NCBI GenBank assembly: GCA_951406725.2
Contig: OX597831.1
Coordinates: 42,780,001 to 42,844,000 of the forward strand
DNA length: 64,000 bases
From: Octopus vulgaris
Taxonomy: Eukaryota
Direction: 5' to 3'
In this document: positions 14,994 to 30,005 of the stretch, one piece after another
How positions within the stretch are numbered: position 1 is the first letter of the stretch
Layout of the letters: every line of letters starts with the position of its first letter
Notes under the pieces: generated by a model
Seen by the model: only the letters and a program-made list of their open reading frames with translations
The model's database searches: none
What the model was told of the DNA's origin: nothing
Made by a program: the position numbers and the translations under genes

Positions 14994-16126
14994 AACCGTT
15001 CTCTCTAGTTCTTCTCTACATCATGCCCTCCCATATTTCTTTTTCATATAACCCTTCTGTCTGAATTCGTACACTGCTTAAACATTCGTCCTTCTATTTG
15101 TTGATAAACTTCACTAGGGAAGACGGAAAGTAAGAAGAAAACCGTGTTAAAATAGCAAGTATAATAAATGATGCCTTGTAAATTAGCATAAATATCAATC
15201 AATTTCAAGACGCTTCTAATAATATTTCAACCATTCATTCTTCTTTTTTTTTCTCTCAGTTTCCCAACTCTTCATACAATTGTGATACACTTTTGACCTT
15301 ATGGCTAGTTCTTGTTCTATTTGTCAGATATACTGTGTGTTCTCAACGGATTAAATGTATTCCTAGGTAATGATAATGTCGAGGAAGCAATATTGTTTCC
15401 TTTATTTCCAAGGGGGAAATATATTAACACATTGTAGTCACTTTTAGGTGGAAACACTGATTTCTTGTAAAAATAATAAATCTATTCAAACTGGCAACAG
15501 TACACGTATTTCAGAGATTGACTTGTTTTGTTGTTCACAAAAGACATGAAAGACAAATTCCTACATTCTTCTCTTTTGTATGATAACATGATTTTGTTAC
15601 ATAGACACAAAGCCAGGGCAGGAAAATCTATCGCAAATCTACTTGAGAAGAAATACTGCGTCATTTGATAATAAATAACAAGAATATTTTTTATTAGTTT
15701 TTAATGAAAATTGAATTGCTTTTAAATATCAGTTTCATGTTAAAAATGTAAATGTTATGTTATTAAATCATTTATTAGTTTTATAAAAAAAATATCAATT
15801 TTAGTAATTGCACATCGATGACTGAATCGTGTCGAGTATTTTTGCAGATTGCTTTAGAACCAGTTGCTGAAGAAAACAAGTGCTAGTAACAATGTATTCT
15901 ATTAAAGCGTGTTTCTGAACTTTAAATAGAAAACTTATATTATAAAGAAACAGGAGCCCCTCCCTATACACGTCCCTGTATATTATACACATAAATACAT
16001 ACATATATGTGTACGTTAAGAGCTTTTTAAGATTTAAAAGATGATGAAAACAAATAAAAGATGCTTTCCTTTGCAACCAAGTAAGTGGCCGGTCAAAATT
16101 AACTCTAAATTAAAAAGAGAAAGAGA

Positions 16127-16610
<484 letters not shown>

Positions 16611-17092
16611 ATACATACATACACACACGCGCGCGAGCATGCATAATACATACATACATACATACATACATACATACATACATACATACATACATACATA
16701 CATACATACATACATACATGGTGGCTGCCCTCTCGTTATCGAGTATGGCCATTGCACGAAGCTTAATCAATGTTGTTATTGTGCAATGCCTGTGCAAGAA
16801 GATTTTTTTTAAAGTGAGGAAAGGCTGTGCACTGAGTCAATCCCACTCACTAAGCAACAGCAGCAATAATCCGAAAAGAAGAACAAGTCAACATCATCGG
16901 TAACCACCGAGCCGCAAATTTTATTTCGGAGTTATCCCAGTTACCTGAGTAACCTTCTCCTAGAAGGATGCCCTAACAAAGGCTAGGAGTCCTTCACTCC
17001 CAATGGTTTAACCGCGCGATCGGGTATACATACATACATACATACATACATACATACATACATACATACATACATAAAAAAAAATAATAAAT

Positions 17093-17339
17093 GCGCCCTT
17101 TTAAAGCCTAGCCAAGTTCATGGGCCCGGTTTCCTGGCTTCTATGGCGTATGTGTTCTCCAGCTAGACGGGATGCCAGTCCATCGCAGCGTTACTCATTT
17201 TTGCCAGTTGAGTGTTCTGGAGCCACGTGAAAGGAAGTGTTTTGCTCAAGAGTACAACGCGTCGCCCGGTCCAGGAATCGAAACCACAATCTTACGATCA
17301 TGATGCTGACACCCTAACTACTAAGCCACGCGCCTCCAC
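17093..17339 (-). mobile_element. CORE-type SINE family F (D/E-like head, different tail)
   Basis: Head shared with D/E (GTGGCTTAGTAGTTAGGG..GGTTTCGATTCCTGG..CTTGAGCAAAACAC); tail with GCGATGGACTGGCATCCCGTC. Confidence 0.75.
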
Positions 17340-17355
17340 ACATACATACATACAT

Positions 17356-18052
17356 AAGTTCAATCGAAAATGTCGATCATGTCACAATTCTGTGGAAGAC
17401 ATTAGTCATGTGATCAAGAGCTGCCCCAAACTGTCATCATGATATTACTTCCCATTTCGTTGTCGCCGAAAAACAAATAGGACCCGGAAAAACAAAAATG
17501 CCCCGAGATAAATAGAGTGAATCACTCTATTATAGAATACATACATAAACATCAACACAAGGAACATAGGTAGAACATTCCCATCAAAACATCTACGAAG
17601 TGCAAACATAGCAGGCTGGATATCGTTGTTTGGGACACCAGAAAAAGTATGTAGCGCCATAGAGATCAGCTAACGTGATGTTGTGAATATCTCTTCGGAA
17701 ATCAAAGAGAAAAAAAGATAACTACAGAAAACTGCTTCGAAGCATTCAGCTTCTATACCCAGATCGTAAATTTACATTTACACTTTGTTGCATGAGTAGA
17801 TACGTAAATGACAATCTGGACAAGTCGAATTTTTCAGAGAAAGAAATCAACCAGCTTAAACTCGCATTGCGAATACAATTTGTAAGCGGAACAATGAAAA
17901 TATGCAAGACTTTTCTCAAGTTTAAAAGGTGACACAGTTTAAAAATTTTTTTTTTTTTTTGCAGCAACATTCAAACAATGGAGCTTTGTATCTCAATTAG
18001 AAACCAGCTCTTTCCTTACAGGAAGAATTCATATAATTAAAAATAGAATAGC
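17356..18052 (+). mobile_element. R4-like RLE retrotransposon 3' fragment embedded in (TACA)n
   Basis: CCHC knuckle KCRSCHNSVEDISHVIKSCPKLS; decayed RLE; 3'UTR TTAGAAACCAGCTCTTTC resembles that of 30415-31150. Confidence 0.75.
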
Positions 18053-18068
18053 TATACATACATACATA

Positions 18069-18590
18069 CCGTAAATCCTCGAGTATAGTCCGCCCTTGAG
18101 TATAATACGCTGGTGATTTTTAAGGGGCTGTATTTCTGAAAAACCTAAACCTTGTGTATAATACGCACCGCTTCTCTAACTTGAGTCGTGCGTAATTAAG
18201 CCAGCAGCATCTAGTGGAAGAAACACTTCCGTGCATGCGTAATACAATAATGGTGATGTTCTTAACTGTTATATGGGAATGTAAATATGTTTGCCAATTT
18301 GATTTTGTTACATGTTATTCTGTGTTCTGAATACTTTTATTTTAATAAATGTTGCTTACTGCAAGTTATGGATGATTCTTTTATGACTTCATTGCTTTCA
18401 GGTTTAACTTAAGGTATTTTCGCGCCCGACATCACAAAATGCATCTGAATAAACATTGCCGGACAGCAAATAGAGACTCAGACATTGCTTAGAATATATT
18501 TTTCATTTTTAACCTCGTATATAGTATGCAGTAGGGGTTTTTACCTTTAAAGTTTGGGGGAAAATGCGGGTTATACTCGAGGATTTACGG
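18069..18590. mobile_element. Tc2/pogo-like MITE
   Basis: Perfect 19-bp TIR CCGTAAATCCTCGAGTATA/TATACTCGAGGATTTACGG; TA TSD. Confidence 0.9.
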
Positions 18591-19151
18591 TACATACATA
18601 CATACATACATACATACATACATACATACATACATACATGCATGCATGCATGCATACATGCATGCATACATACATACATACATACATACATACATACATA
18701 CATACATACATACATACATACCAGTGAACTGTAGGCAGTGTAGAAAGTGAGTGCTTTCTCAACCTAAAACTGTTAATATTAATTAGTAAATATAAAAATA
18801 AAAACGATTTCCAACTCATTATACAAAGGGCAATGTAAAACATGATATTCGATGTACGATTCTCTAACTGGTCATATTTCGATATCCACTGTCTTTCAAG
18901 TTTAATGTGTATATTAACGCGTAACGCTATAAATCACACAGGTCGTGTGTTTAGTTCCGTAGTACATAAAATATAGTTGAAATGCTAAAATAAATTAAAC
19001 TGCCTCCGTTAACTGTCATTACGGAGTGAAAGTGTCATTACCGAAGCGAACATCCCGCAGAGTGTGTGTTTGCCTTTAATTATTGAACTTGTTTTAAGAG
19101 ACATTATATTTCACGTGAGTATAGAATATAGTAATAACGAATATTATATAC

Positions 19152-19206
<55 letters not shown>

Positions 19207-19282
19207 CATATTTATATACATATATATGTACATATATGTACATATATTGGCATATATATATATATATATATGTACATATATT

Positions 19283-19413
<131 letters not shown>

Positions 19414-19482
19414 CATACATATACATATTATATATATACACACATTTCGACACACGGATATAATCACACATATAAATATATA

Positions 19483-19540
<58 letters not shown>

Positions 19541-19693
19541 TCACACAACTCTATGAAAATATGTACGCCTACCATGTTGTAGGCAAGAGAATATTTGTGT
19601 TTATTGATACGCGTATATAGCTACAATACACTCAAAATTTGGTCAAATTACTTTCGATGATATATATATACATGACAATGCGTGTGTGTTTAT

Positions 19694-19754
<61 letters not shown>

Positions 19755-19934
19755 AGTGCGTGCGCATTTGTAACTAAATATTTTGCAGTATTGACTTTTA
19801 GTGGTAAGACCTTCTGTTCAGAATTTACTAATACCCAATGCCTGCTTTGAGCTGTTACTGACTGTATGTGCTAATACATACACACACACACACACACACA
19901 CATACATACATACATACATACATACATACATACA

Positions 19935-19967
<33 letters not shown>

Positions 19968-20020
19968 TTATATATGCACAAACACACATTCATGCGCACA
20001 AACATATATATGCATGTGTA

Positions 20021-20072
<52 letters not shown>

Positions 20073-20769
20073 AATCTATCTATATATATATATATATATA
20101 TATAAATGCATGTGTGTGTCTGTTTGTGTGTATGTGTAAACTGATCAATCAACGCTCGTTAGTATACAGTCACTATTAGTCTGAAACAAGATCAAAGAAT
20201 TATCTGTAATAAACGCGATAACAAAATTATTCGATACTTGCCAAAGAACACAACTGGGAGAAAATATTTTCTGTAGAATCTTCCATTTATATACAGTATA
20301 ATGAGATTTTACGCGTTCATTCGACTACTAGACAGAACATCCAAAACATTCCTCAAAATACTCAAAGCAAATTTTTATCTCGTAAAAGAAAAAAGCACGA
20401 ATAATAATATATTGTTCTACATACATCTTGTTTGAAAAAGAAAACATATGGGACGGTCACGTCCAAAACGCTTTTATATATTATTCTGTTTTATTAGGGC
20501 TGTGCTGATTTATAGAAAAAAAAACAACTGTTCAAAAAATGTACAATGGTTTTAAAGTCCAAAATCTCGAAGGAGAATTACCAACCCTGAGACATGAATT
20601 CAAGGACTTGAACAGAAGACTCCGTTACCAAAAACGATTGCATAGAGAATACGTTTTTAACCACAATATTGTCTCTTTCCACGATATATTATCTATAGTA
20701 TATACTTGATGATATGTAGAAGAATCTATTCCATATACATTAACGCCTGCAAGATATATATATATATAT

Positions 20770-21450
20770 ATACAGAAGCGGTGATATCGACAAGCTCTAC
20801 CTAAGAAGAGATGAAAGAAGTAGAAGACTGAGATCAGTGCAGACAGCCTATGAATGTAGCACAGTATCTCTCAGACTGCATCTGCTAAACAGCTACAGGA
20901 AAAAAATAAATATATAAATCTAGTGTTGAAAAGCGAAGAGAATATCTAACGTGTCGGCAGTGAGCTCTTCGGGATGCACTCTCTTCTTGACGACCTCTCA
21001 TACAACCCCAAAACTACTGGATTCAAAGAAGACTTAAATAGGTATGTTTCCCAAAGAATTGAAAGGAAACTTCTCAGTAAAATGAAATAAAATAAGTGGA
21101 CTGGAAAGAAAGATTTCGGCCATATTGCAATATAACTGAATGCAACCAGGAGAAAGAAATACAGAACGAATTATAAAGGTAAGTCATCAAGTATATAGCT
21201 TACGCAAATAAGTATGTTGTAAACACATCGTTGTAAAGGAGTTGTTCCCCTGTATCGAATCACAACAGCAATTAGCATATTCATGTTCGAATCTGCCACA
21301 ACGTATTAAGAATAAATGTGGAAGTCGTCATCGCAACCACCTTAAAATGTCACTAAACCTGAAGGAAACCAGAATAATAGAACAGTTCCGAATATACTAA
21401 TACAAGAAATGGTAACGTTATACAGGAGACCGACAAAAACTATTGAAGAT
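20770..21450 (+). mobile_element. Highly decayed R4-clade ORF fragment
   Basis: DIDKLYLRRDERSRRLRSVQTAYECSTVSL resembles the post-RT motif DVDRLYLxRxxGGRGL; the rest is degenerate. Confidence 0.5.
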
Positions 21451-21915
21451 GAAATTGATACAGTAAACTAGTTTACTATTACACGGACAAAATTTTGTTG
21501 CCAAGAGTGAAGGCGCCATCTAGGGAATAGAAACTATAGGCCGATACGTTTGTTTAAACACTACGTATCAGATTTCCAGGAGCTGTTTAAACCAATTTCT
21601 CCGAGACCATTGCGTGTCTAACAAAGTAATAATTTATGAATAAACAGGTGGAAACAATACAGTCTGAAGATGGGTTGAATAACGTTTAATTAATAAAGCT
21701 ACGCTGTCTCAGTAACTCTGCGATCACTGCGTTTTCATTATAAAAAGGTCTTTAACTCTATTCCTCTCTAACGGCTACTAGAATGTTGCTTTTGGTAAAA
21801 AAAAAAATTGGCCTATTTCTTTTACTATCTGAATGGTTCACAAACACCAATTTTTTTTATAATCTTCATACTAGAAAATGAAGTAAAACGTTTAAACTTA
21901 ATGTAAAACGTTTAC

Positions 21916-21965
<50 letters not shown>

Positions 21966-22177
21966 CTCTCTCTCTCTCTCCCTCTCTCTCTCCTCTTGTG
22001 TGCATGTGTGTATGAGTGAGTGTACGTGCATGTGTCTGTGTAGGTATGTGAGTTAGTGCATGTGTCTGTGTTAGAGAGTGAGTGTACGTGCATGTGTGTG
22101 TGAGTGAGTGTACGTGCATGAGTATGTGTCTGAGTGAGTTTACGTACATGTGTGTGTGTGAGTGAGTGTACGTGCAT

Positions 22178-22223
<46 letters not shown>

Positions 22224-23506
22224 GTGAGAGCATGTCTGCGCACACGCTTTTTATTACCAAAGGTACTTACTGTAATTTCCTTTTCTAAAACCCATTGATC
22301 ATATATAATAGTCTACAACATTAAAAACTGTAAAAGTATTTCAGTACGACGAAATATAATTAGGAAATCTATCGTATACATTTGTAACAGTAATGTCGGT
22401 GCCAATATTTAGGACTCTAGCTTTCGCAAAAACTGTAATTTATTCAAACCGTCTCGAAAGGAAGAATACTAGGCTAAACGTCAGTGAATCTAGCCAATAT
22501 TTTTAGAGTATCGCATAGTATTACATCGCCAGCACTTTTTAAACACCAATCAAGCACCACTTTTAATCTATGTCGCCTTTGGTAACAATTTAAAGGCCTA
22601 TACTACTGCTATTCCGTTGGTTACGAAGATATGGTTTCTAGTTGATCCGATCGGTGGAACAGCCTACTCGGGAAATTAACGAGTAAGTGGCTGAGCAGTC
22701 CACAGACACGCGTACCCTTAACGTAGTTCTCGGGGAGATTCAGCATGACAAAATGTGACAAGATCGGCCCTTTGAATTGCAGCTAAACTCTTTTTTTTTA
22801 CCAAATGAGTAGACTGAAGCAATGTGAAATAAAGTGTCTTGCTCAAGGACTCAAAGTACAGCCAGGAATCGAACTCATAACGTTACGATCATGAGCTTAT
22901 TAACCTAACCACAAAGCCACGCGACTTACCCTTTATTAAAGGCCTACACTAGAATGATTCACAGTTACATTTCTGAGGACTAGGTTGATTTAACAACAAT
23001 ATATTCAGTTGAGGTGATGATGATGACAATGATGATGATGATGACGATGATGATGATGACAGATTCTTCGTATCCGATGATCATTAGGAAGAGGTTGACA
23101 CGCCCTCGAGTGTCCGTGTAAACTGATCCTTTACGCTGCAGGGTTTTTTTTTCCTGCCTCCGCTTAGCTGTTTAAAAGTGAGAGCCCGACCGCACAATTC
23201 GATCTCACTCTTTAGACTTGAAGGTCTGACTGCAGTGACTCAGTGGGCTAAAATAGCTCTGGTGACCAGTAAGGCGTAGGCCTTTACCTAGGTTGGGGAG
23301 CTCCATCTACCCTGGAGTTACCGGGATGGTGTCAAAGAAAGCACCGGATTGCATGAAAGACTCCACTCATCGACTAGCTGTCAAGATTCACTACCCAAAC
23401 TTTTCCCTTTTCCAAGGTAATCACAAAGCAGGTGATATACGGATGGATTTACCCACAACGAATGATTATACGAATGGACTTAACAACAGCAACAACAACA
23501 GCGTGT

Positions 23507-23790
23507 TCAACTGATGACGGATAAATTTACATTAATAACAAAATTTTCTGCTGATACGCGGATGGAATTCAGCCAGGGAAGATGTTTACTTTTATTAGAC
23601 GGGAGACGGAAAATTGCTTTCCAAGCCGAATATATGCACGCCAATAACCTCTCTACTTTCTCCTTGTTCCAGACAATGTGAACTATAAATACCTTGGTAT
23701 TACTGAAAATGTAGTTTATAATGGGGATGTTGAGAAAATTAGAGTGACAAAAGAGTAATACATCAGGCTTTAACAAAAAAATGTATGTCA
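23507..23790 (+). mobile_element. R4-clade reverse-transcriptase fragment
   Basis: ITKFSADTRMEFSQGRC...NYKYLGITENVVYNGDVEKIRVTKE (C-terminal RT motifs), frameshifted. Confidence 0.7.
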
Positions 23791-24153
23791 GTCGGAGCTT
23801 TCCTCTTACGAGACAATATCCTATAATGCACTTTCAGAACCAGTGTTGGTATTGACTATATTGACAGGCTCTTTTTCTTTCTCTGTCTCTCTTACTCCTT
23901 CCTTCCTTCTTGTTTCGCTTTCTCTTACTCACTCCCTCTCTCTACCTGTCTTTGCTTCTGCCTCTGTCTCTGTGTATGTGTTTCTCTCTCTCTCTCTCTC
24001 TCTTCATCCCCACTCTGTCCCTAGTTGTCTCTGTCTGTCACTCTCTCTCTTTAACTCTCTCTCTCTCTCTTTAACTCTCTCTCTCTCTTTAACTCTCTCT
24101 CTCTCCATCTCTCTATCTCTCTCTCCAAACGTCTCTCTCTCTCTCTTCAAACG

Positions 24154-24188
<35 letters not shown>

Positions 24189-24841
24189 GAATAGATAAGA
24201 AGTGATTCGCAACCTTTTAAATGAGATGTATCACGGGCAAATAGTTAAGATGCAGCATGGTCACGACATCCAGAGTTCGGTTCCACAGTGTGACGTTTCG
24301 GACAAGTGTCTTTTATCATAGCCTCAACTTGAGTCATGCTCTGAGAGTAAAAATAGGGTTAACGTAAACGGTGGAAGCTCAGTGAAAGGGTTATACACCT
24401 CTAATTTAAAGATCTAGCCTTGTCACACATACTGTGTCATACTGAATCCTCGTGAAAATTACGTTAAATATACATGTTTGTGGAATAATCTGCCATTTAG
24501 ACACTAATTCAATTACCTCGTAATCCAGATGATGGAACAACTGAACACTCATCGTCGAAATCGACGGAGGTGCGATCAATTATTTTACATGAATGGACTA
24601 TGTAGTAAAGAAGCTCGTTTTGTAAAACCACGTGATTTCGGGCACCTTGGGCAACTGTCTTCTACTATGGTCTTGAGGGTGAATTTGGTAAACGGAAGCT
24701 GTATGGGGCCCATCATGTATATATACATGTAATAATGTATGTATATATGTGTATGCGTATGTATGTATATATGTATGTAAGTGTGCCTCTGTGTGTGTGT
24801 GTATGTATGTATGTATGTATGTATGTATGTATGTATGTATG

Positions 24842-24872
<31 letters not shown>

Positions 24873-25150
24873 GGTGATGCTCCAGCATGGCCGCAATCAA
24901 GTGACTGAAACAAGTATAAGTGTCATCTTTTCTGTCGAAGAGCGTAGGCTCGAAACGTCAAAGACTTTTCCATTCTTCGCAAGCGTTGAACTAATATGTC
25001 TGCTCGTTGTTCCTTCATCTGTCTGCGTCTTTTGTTTCTCTAAATTTGAACAACACACACACACACACACATATAAACAGTCCACTATGTATTACAACAC
25101 TTGCGATAAATTTGAAGTACTTACACTACAGATGTTAAGGCAGCGCACGC

Positions 25151-25213
<63 letters not shown>

Positions 25214-25493
25214 CCTTTCTGTTATAGGCAAATTTTGGGGGAGGAGATAAGTCAATCACATCGACCCAGTACTTGATTGGTACTTATTTTAACGACCTCG
25301 AAAGGATGAAAAGTAAGTCAACCTATGCGGAATTTGAACTCAGAGCACGAAGAAGGACGAAATATCGATACGCACTTTGCCCGGCGTGCTAATGATTCTG
25401 CCAGCTAAAACAAATGTAAGTATGTTTTGTTACTCACCCCATAGACAGTAGATGAAAGATACAAAGTACATTAACTACTCCTCAGGGGACAAG

Positions 25494-26259
25494 AAATCCT
25501 TCATTCTTGCAGCGCTGACAAAGAGAGCTTAAAACAACTTTCTTTTTGCATCAAATGCAAACTAGGATTTAGTAGTAACGGTAACGGGATCGGTTCGAAA
25601 TTCCGATAATAAATATGGTAAGCACCCAAAAAGGCCCGGGGGATACAAATGTGGAAATGTTGTTGCTATAATAACCATCATAGCTCGAATAAATCCGTGT
25701 AAAGAGAGGTTGGTGGTACTTTCACAGAATACTGTTTTCTCATATGTTGTAACTGATTTTCGCATGAATCTTTCTGACTGTTGGTGAGTGTTAGCGCGTG
25801 TACTTGTGTGTTTGTGTGTATGTGTATGTGTATGTGTGTGTAAACTCTGGATTAAAACAAGTGTTCAATATATAGATCCTATAAATCCTTCATTCTTGCA
25901 GCGGTGACAAAGAGAGCTTAAAACAACTTTCTTTTTGCATCAAATGCAAACTAGGATTTAGTAGTAACGGTAACGGGATCGGTTCGAAATTCCGATAATA
26001 TATATGGTAAGCACCCGAAAAGGCCCGGAGGATACAAATGCGGAAATGTTGTTGCTATAATAACCATCATAGCTCGAATAAATCCGTGTAAAGAGAGGTT
26101 AGTGGTGCTTTCACAGAATACTGTTTTCTCATATGTTGTAACTGATTTTCGCATGAATCTTTTTGTCTGTTGGTGAGTGTTAGCGCGTATACTTGTGTGT
26201 TTGTGTGTATGTGTATGTGTGTGTAAACTCTGAATTAAAACAAGTGTTCAATATATAGA
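25494..26259 (+). repeat. Recent tandem duplication (period ~389 bp), possibly of a decayed Penelope GIY-YIG fragment
   Basis: Units 25494-25876 and 25883-26259 are nearly identical; weak PGGYKCG..SQNTV..VGE motifs. Confidence 0.9.
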
Positions 26260-26768
26260 AAGAGAGATAATTCAGACACATTATAACAAGACACAGCGAG
26301 GGACATAGAGGTGCTTCACCCTCTCTCACAATCGAAGAAAGTTAGAATTAGAAAGATAATCTGATTTAATTCTCCATCCAATTTAGATGTTTCCATTAAC
26401 GTAGCTAGAAGCTTCTTGGCGTTAATTTGACATCATGTATCAAGAATCCATAGATATCATAAACTCGTTAATTACCACAACGTCAATGTTACCTATTCAT
26501 GCACATGGAATGTTGCTTTCACTTTTACACATTTCATTAGAAACAAATGCACGCCTATACAGTCTTCATCCCACACTCCAGCCTGTAACTGTCGAAATCT
26601 CATCAACTGCCCACTGAGAGGATTCTATCTCTCAATGGCTGTGATCTATAGAATTATTTATACACCATCCGATGGTACCAGGGGACACTACACGAGCATC
26701 ACACTCAATGTTGTCGAGTGTATGTGTGTGTGCTTATATGTTCTTGTATGTGTGTTTGCATATATGTT

Positions 26769-26830
<62 letters not shown>

Positions 26831-27001
26831 TGTTCTTCACCGATTCACAACCACTTGACAACTTAGCAGTTTTGCAAAAGTCAACGACAGAATAAATACC
26901 ACGCACAAAAAATAAGGGGTTGATTGGTTCAGCTAAACCCTTCAAGGCGATGTCCCAGCATTGCCGCAATCCAATGACTGAGATAACTAAAAAACAAAAG
27001 A

Positions 27002-27055
<54 letters not shown>

Positions 27056-27627
27056 CGTCCGAAAGTTCGTCAGGAACGTAATCACATAACCTGACTTATT
27101 GTTCTTAGATAAAGCCAACTGATTCTAAGTCTTCACACTTTGAGTTCTTTCGTGGTTTCTTTAACTTGCTATGAGCTGGTAATTTCTGTAATGTGTGTGT
27201 GTGAGCTTGTGTGCACGCATGTGTGTGCGTATGTTTATGTGCGTGTGTGTGCATATATGGAGTACTGTTTCGTTGGCTGAAAGATCGGCAAAAAACTATT
27301 CAGTCCGACGAGAGATAGGTATCATTTAATGAATACAGGAGTTATACATGAACAACTTTAAGTTTCATGCTCATATTGTGCTGTAATCAAGCACTTCTGC
27401 AATATTGAAGCATGAAACTTGAAGTAGATCATATATTAAATGATTTAATCATTTATGTATGTATGTATGTATGTATGTATGTATGTATGTATGTATGCAT
27501 GTATTTATGTATGTATGCATAGGTTTCTCAGTGGCAGACGTCCAGCATATACATACATACATGTATATGTGTGTGTATGTATGTATGTATGTATGTATGT
27601 ATGTATGTATGTATGCATGCATGCATG

Positions 27628-27661
<34 letters not shown>

Positions 27662-27896
27662 TGTATGTATGTATGTATGTATGTGTGCATGCATGTATGT
27701 ATGTATGTATGCATGTATGTATGCATGCATGCATGTATGTATGTATGTATGTATGTATGTATGTATGTATGTATGTATGTATGTATGTGTGCATGTAATG
27801 CCTGATGTCGAATGGTCATAGTAAAATGAAGCAGATGCAGCATACGTATTTTGTGAGTGTGTGTTTGATTGCGTGTATGTGTGTGTGTACGTGTAT

Positions 27897-28095
27897 AGGT
27901 GCGCGGCCGTTGCCACGTAAAAGCACTCAGCACACTCTGTAAATTGGTTGGCGTTAGGGAGAGCATCCAGCCATAGAAACCATGCTAAATCAGACTAGAG
28001 CCCGGTGCAGCTCTCCAGCTTTCCAACACTAGTCAAAAAGTCTAACCCATGCCAGCATGGACAATGGACGTTAAAGGACAATGATGACGATGATA
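27897..28095 (+). mobile_element. SINE 3' part with RTE-like tail (family G)
   Basis: GTTGGCGTTAGGGAGAGCATCCAGCC...CCCATGCCAGCATGGA followed by a degenerate (GAT)n tail. Confidence 0.6.
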
Positions 28096-28096
28096 T

Positions 28097-28973
28097 TCGG
28101 GGTCTAATCCGGACTGTTGCCACAGTGACGAAGTTAGAGCACGCAGAGAGAAGCTGCTTGGCAAAAAGGACCTTTAACTCTGTTGTGCACGGGAATTAAG
28201 TTTTAACGTTCTACTTCGTTTCCATTGTTTACAGCAGTGTTTGAAGGAAGGTGTGTAGTGTGTGATCGTTGCATTGACCGTGACAGAGAAAGTTTCCATG
28301 GTGATACCTACTCAGAGACCTATGCAAAGTTGTGGAAATTGTACTGAGTGGGGTGTATGAGCCGCACACAAGTGTACGAGTGATTCAGATGTTTCCAAGA
28401 TGGCCAAAAAAATGCCGATATTGACGAACGTTCTGGGCGATCTGCAACCAGCAGAATTGAAGAAATTGCAGATGTGCATGCAGCTGTAAGGGGAAAATCG
28501 TCGACTCATCCGTAAGTTATCAGAGGATGTGCAAATTAGTTATGGTTCAGTCCAGTCCATTATCACTGAAGATTTGGGTATGAGACGTGTGTCTGATAAG
28601 TTTGCGCCAAATCTGCTTTCAGTTGGCCAAAAAGACACTCGGAATTCAGTAGCACAAAATCTCCTTGATTGTGTCGAAAACGAAAACTTTTTGAAAACTT
28701 TGCGTAGGCCTCTGAGCAGGTATCGCCAAGCTTTTGGCAAAATTTTATGTAGATTCTCTGCTCAACGTCCTCTGTCATAGTCAATGCGACGATCACACGC
28801 TACATACCTTCCTGTCAAGCACTGATGTAAACAGCGAAAGGGAGCTAGAACGTTAAAACTTAGTGCGCATACACAACAGAGTTCAAGGTCAATCTGTGCT
28901 GAGCAGTTCTACTTTGCGTGCTTTAGCTTCGTTACTATGGCAACAGTCAGGATACTTACTGATCAGACCACAT
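28097..28973. mobile_element. Fold-back mariner derivative (two inverted 5' ends)
   Basis: Plus strand: mariner HTH motifs (MSRTQVYE*F..DERSGR..ISYGSVQSIITEDLGMRRVS..); minus strand from 28778: MTEDVEQRIYIKFCQKLGDTCSEAYAK; long inverted arms; no DDD domain. Confidence 0.85.
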
Positions 28974-29593
28974 TTATACATTTGTGTGTGTGTGTGCGTA
29001 TGTTGTGTGTGTGTGGGTGTGTATGCGCGTGTGTGTGCATTAAAGTGCCAACCGGAACTAAAAGCCAATGAGCAATACATCGAATGTTTAACATTTATAC
29101 ATACATACATACATATATATATTTATATACATATATATACACACACACAAACATACAGACACACACATACATATATGTACAAGTATGTATGCATATGTGT
29201 ATGTGTGTATGTATGTATGTATGTATGTATGTATGTATGTATGTATGTATGTATGTATGTATGTATGTATGTATGTATGTATATATATATATGTAATGTC
29301 TGATATCGAATGCTCATAGTAAAATGAAGCAGATGCAGCGTACGTATTTTGTGAGTGTGTGTGTGTTTGATTTTATGTACGTGTGTGTGCACGAGCATGC
29401 GTGTGCGCGTATGAAGACTAATATATCAAAACGAATGTATACATGGGTATATGCTAATAATAGGTGTGAAGATAGAACAGAAGTTATTCATTATTAAATT
29501 ATGAATGCCAAGGGGGAAAATACGACATCGAAAAGGACAATGGCTCGTCATGGGGTGGGATTGAGATGGCGGCAGTGATGATGATGATGCTGG

Positions 29594-29632
<39 letters not shown>

Positions 29633-29939
29633 CCAAAACGATGACAACGACGACGATGACGATGATCATGACGAATTTGTGGCTAATTACAATGATGGAA
29701 TGATATTTAGAAGCATATGTACGTATCTATGTAAATATGTGCCTTATTTCTTATATATGCATGTGTGTGTATATGTATATATGAATTTATGTTCATGTAG
29801 GTATATATATATATACATACATTTGTGTGTATGTATGTATATTTATTTATATATGCATATATATATACATATATATATGCATGTATATATGTATGCATGG
29901 ATATATATATGTATGTATATATGTGTATATATATATGTA

Positions 29940-30005
<66 letters not shown>

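Noticed and set aside
23100-23490. Possible HDV-like ribozyme or 5'UTR upstream of the R4 RT fragment
   Set aside because: I could not build the nested double pseudoknot by eye; it needs an RNArobo/Infernal search.
27052-27090. Minus-strand CTGACGA...GAC-GGGAC hammerhead-like string
   Set aside because: GAAA is replaced by GGGA and stems I/III are missing; at best a decayed remnant.
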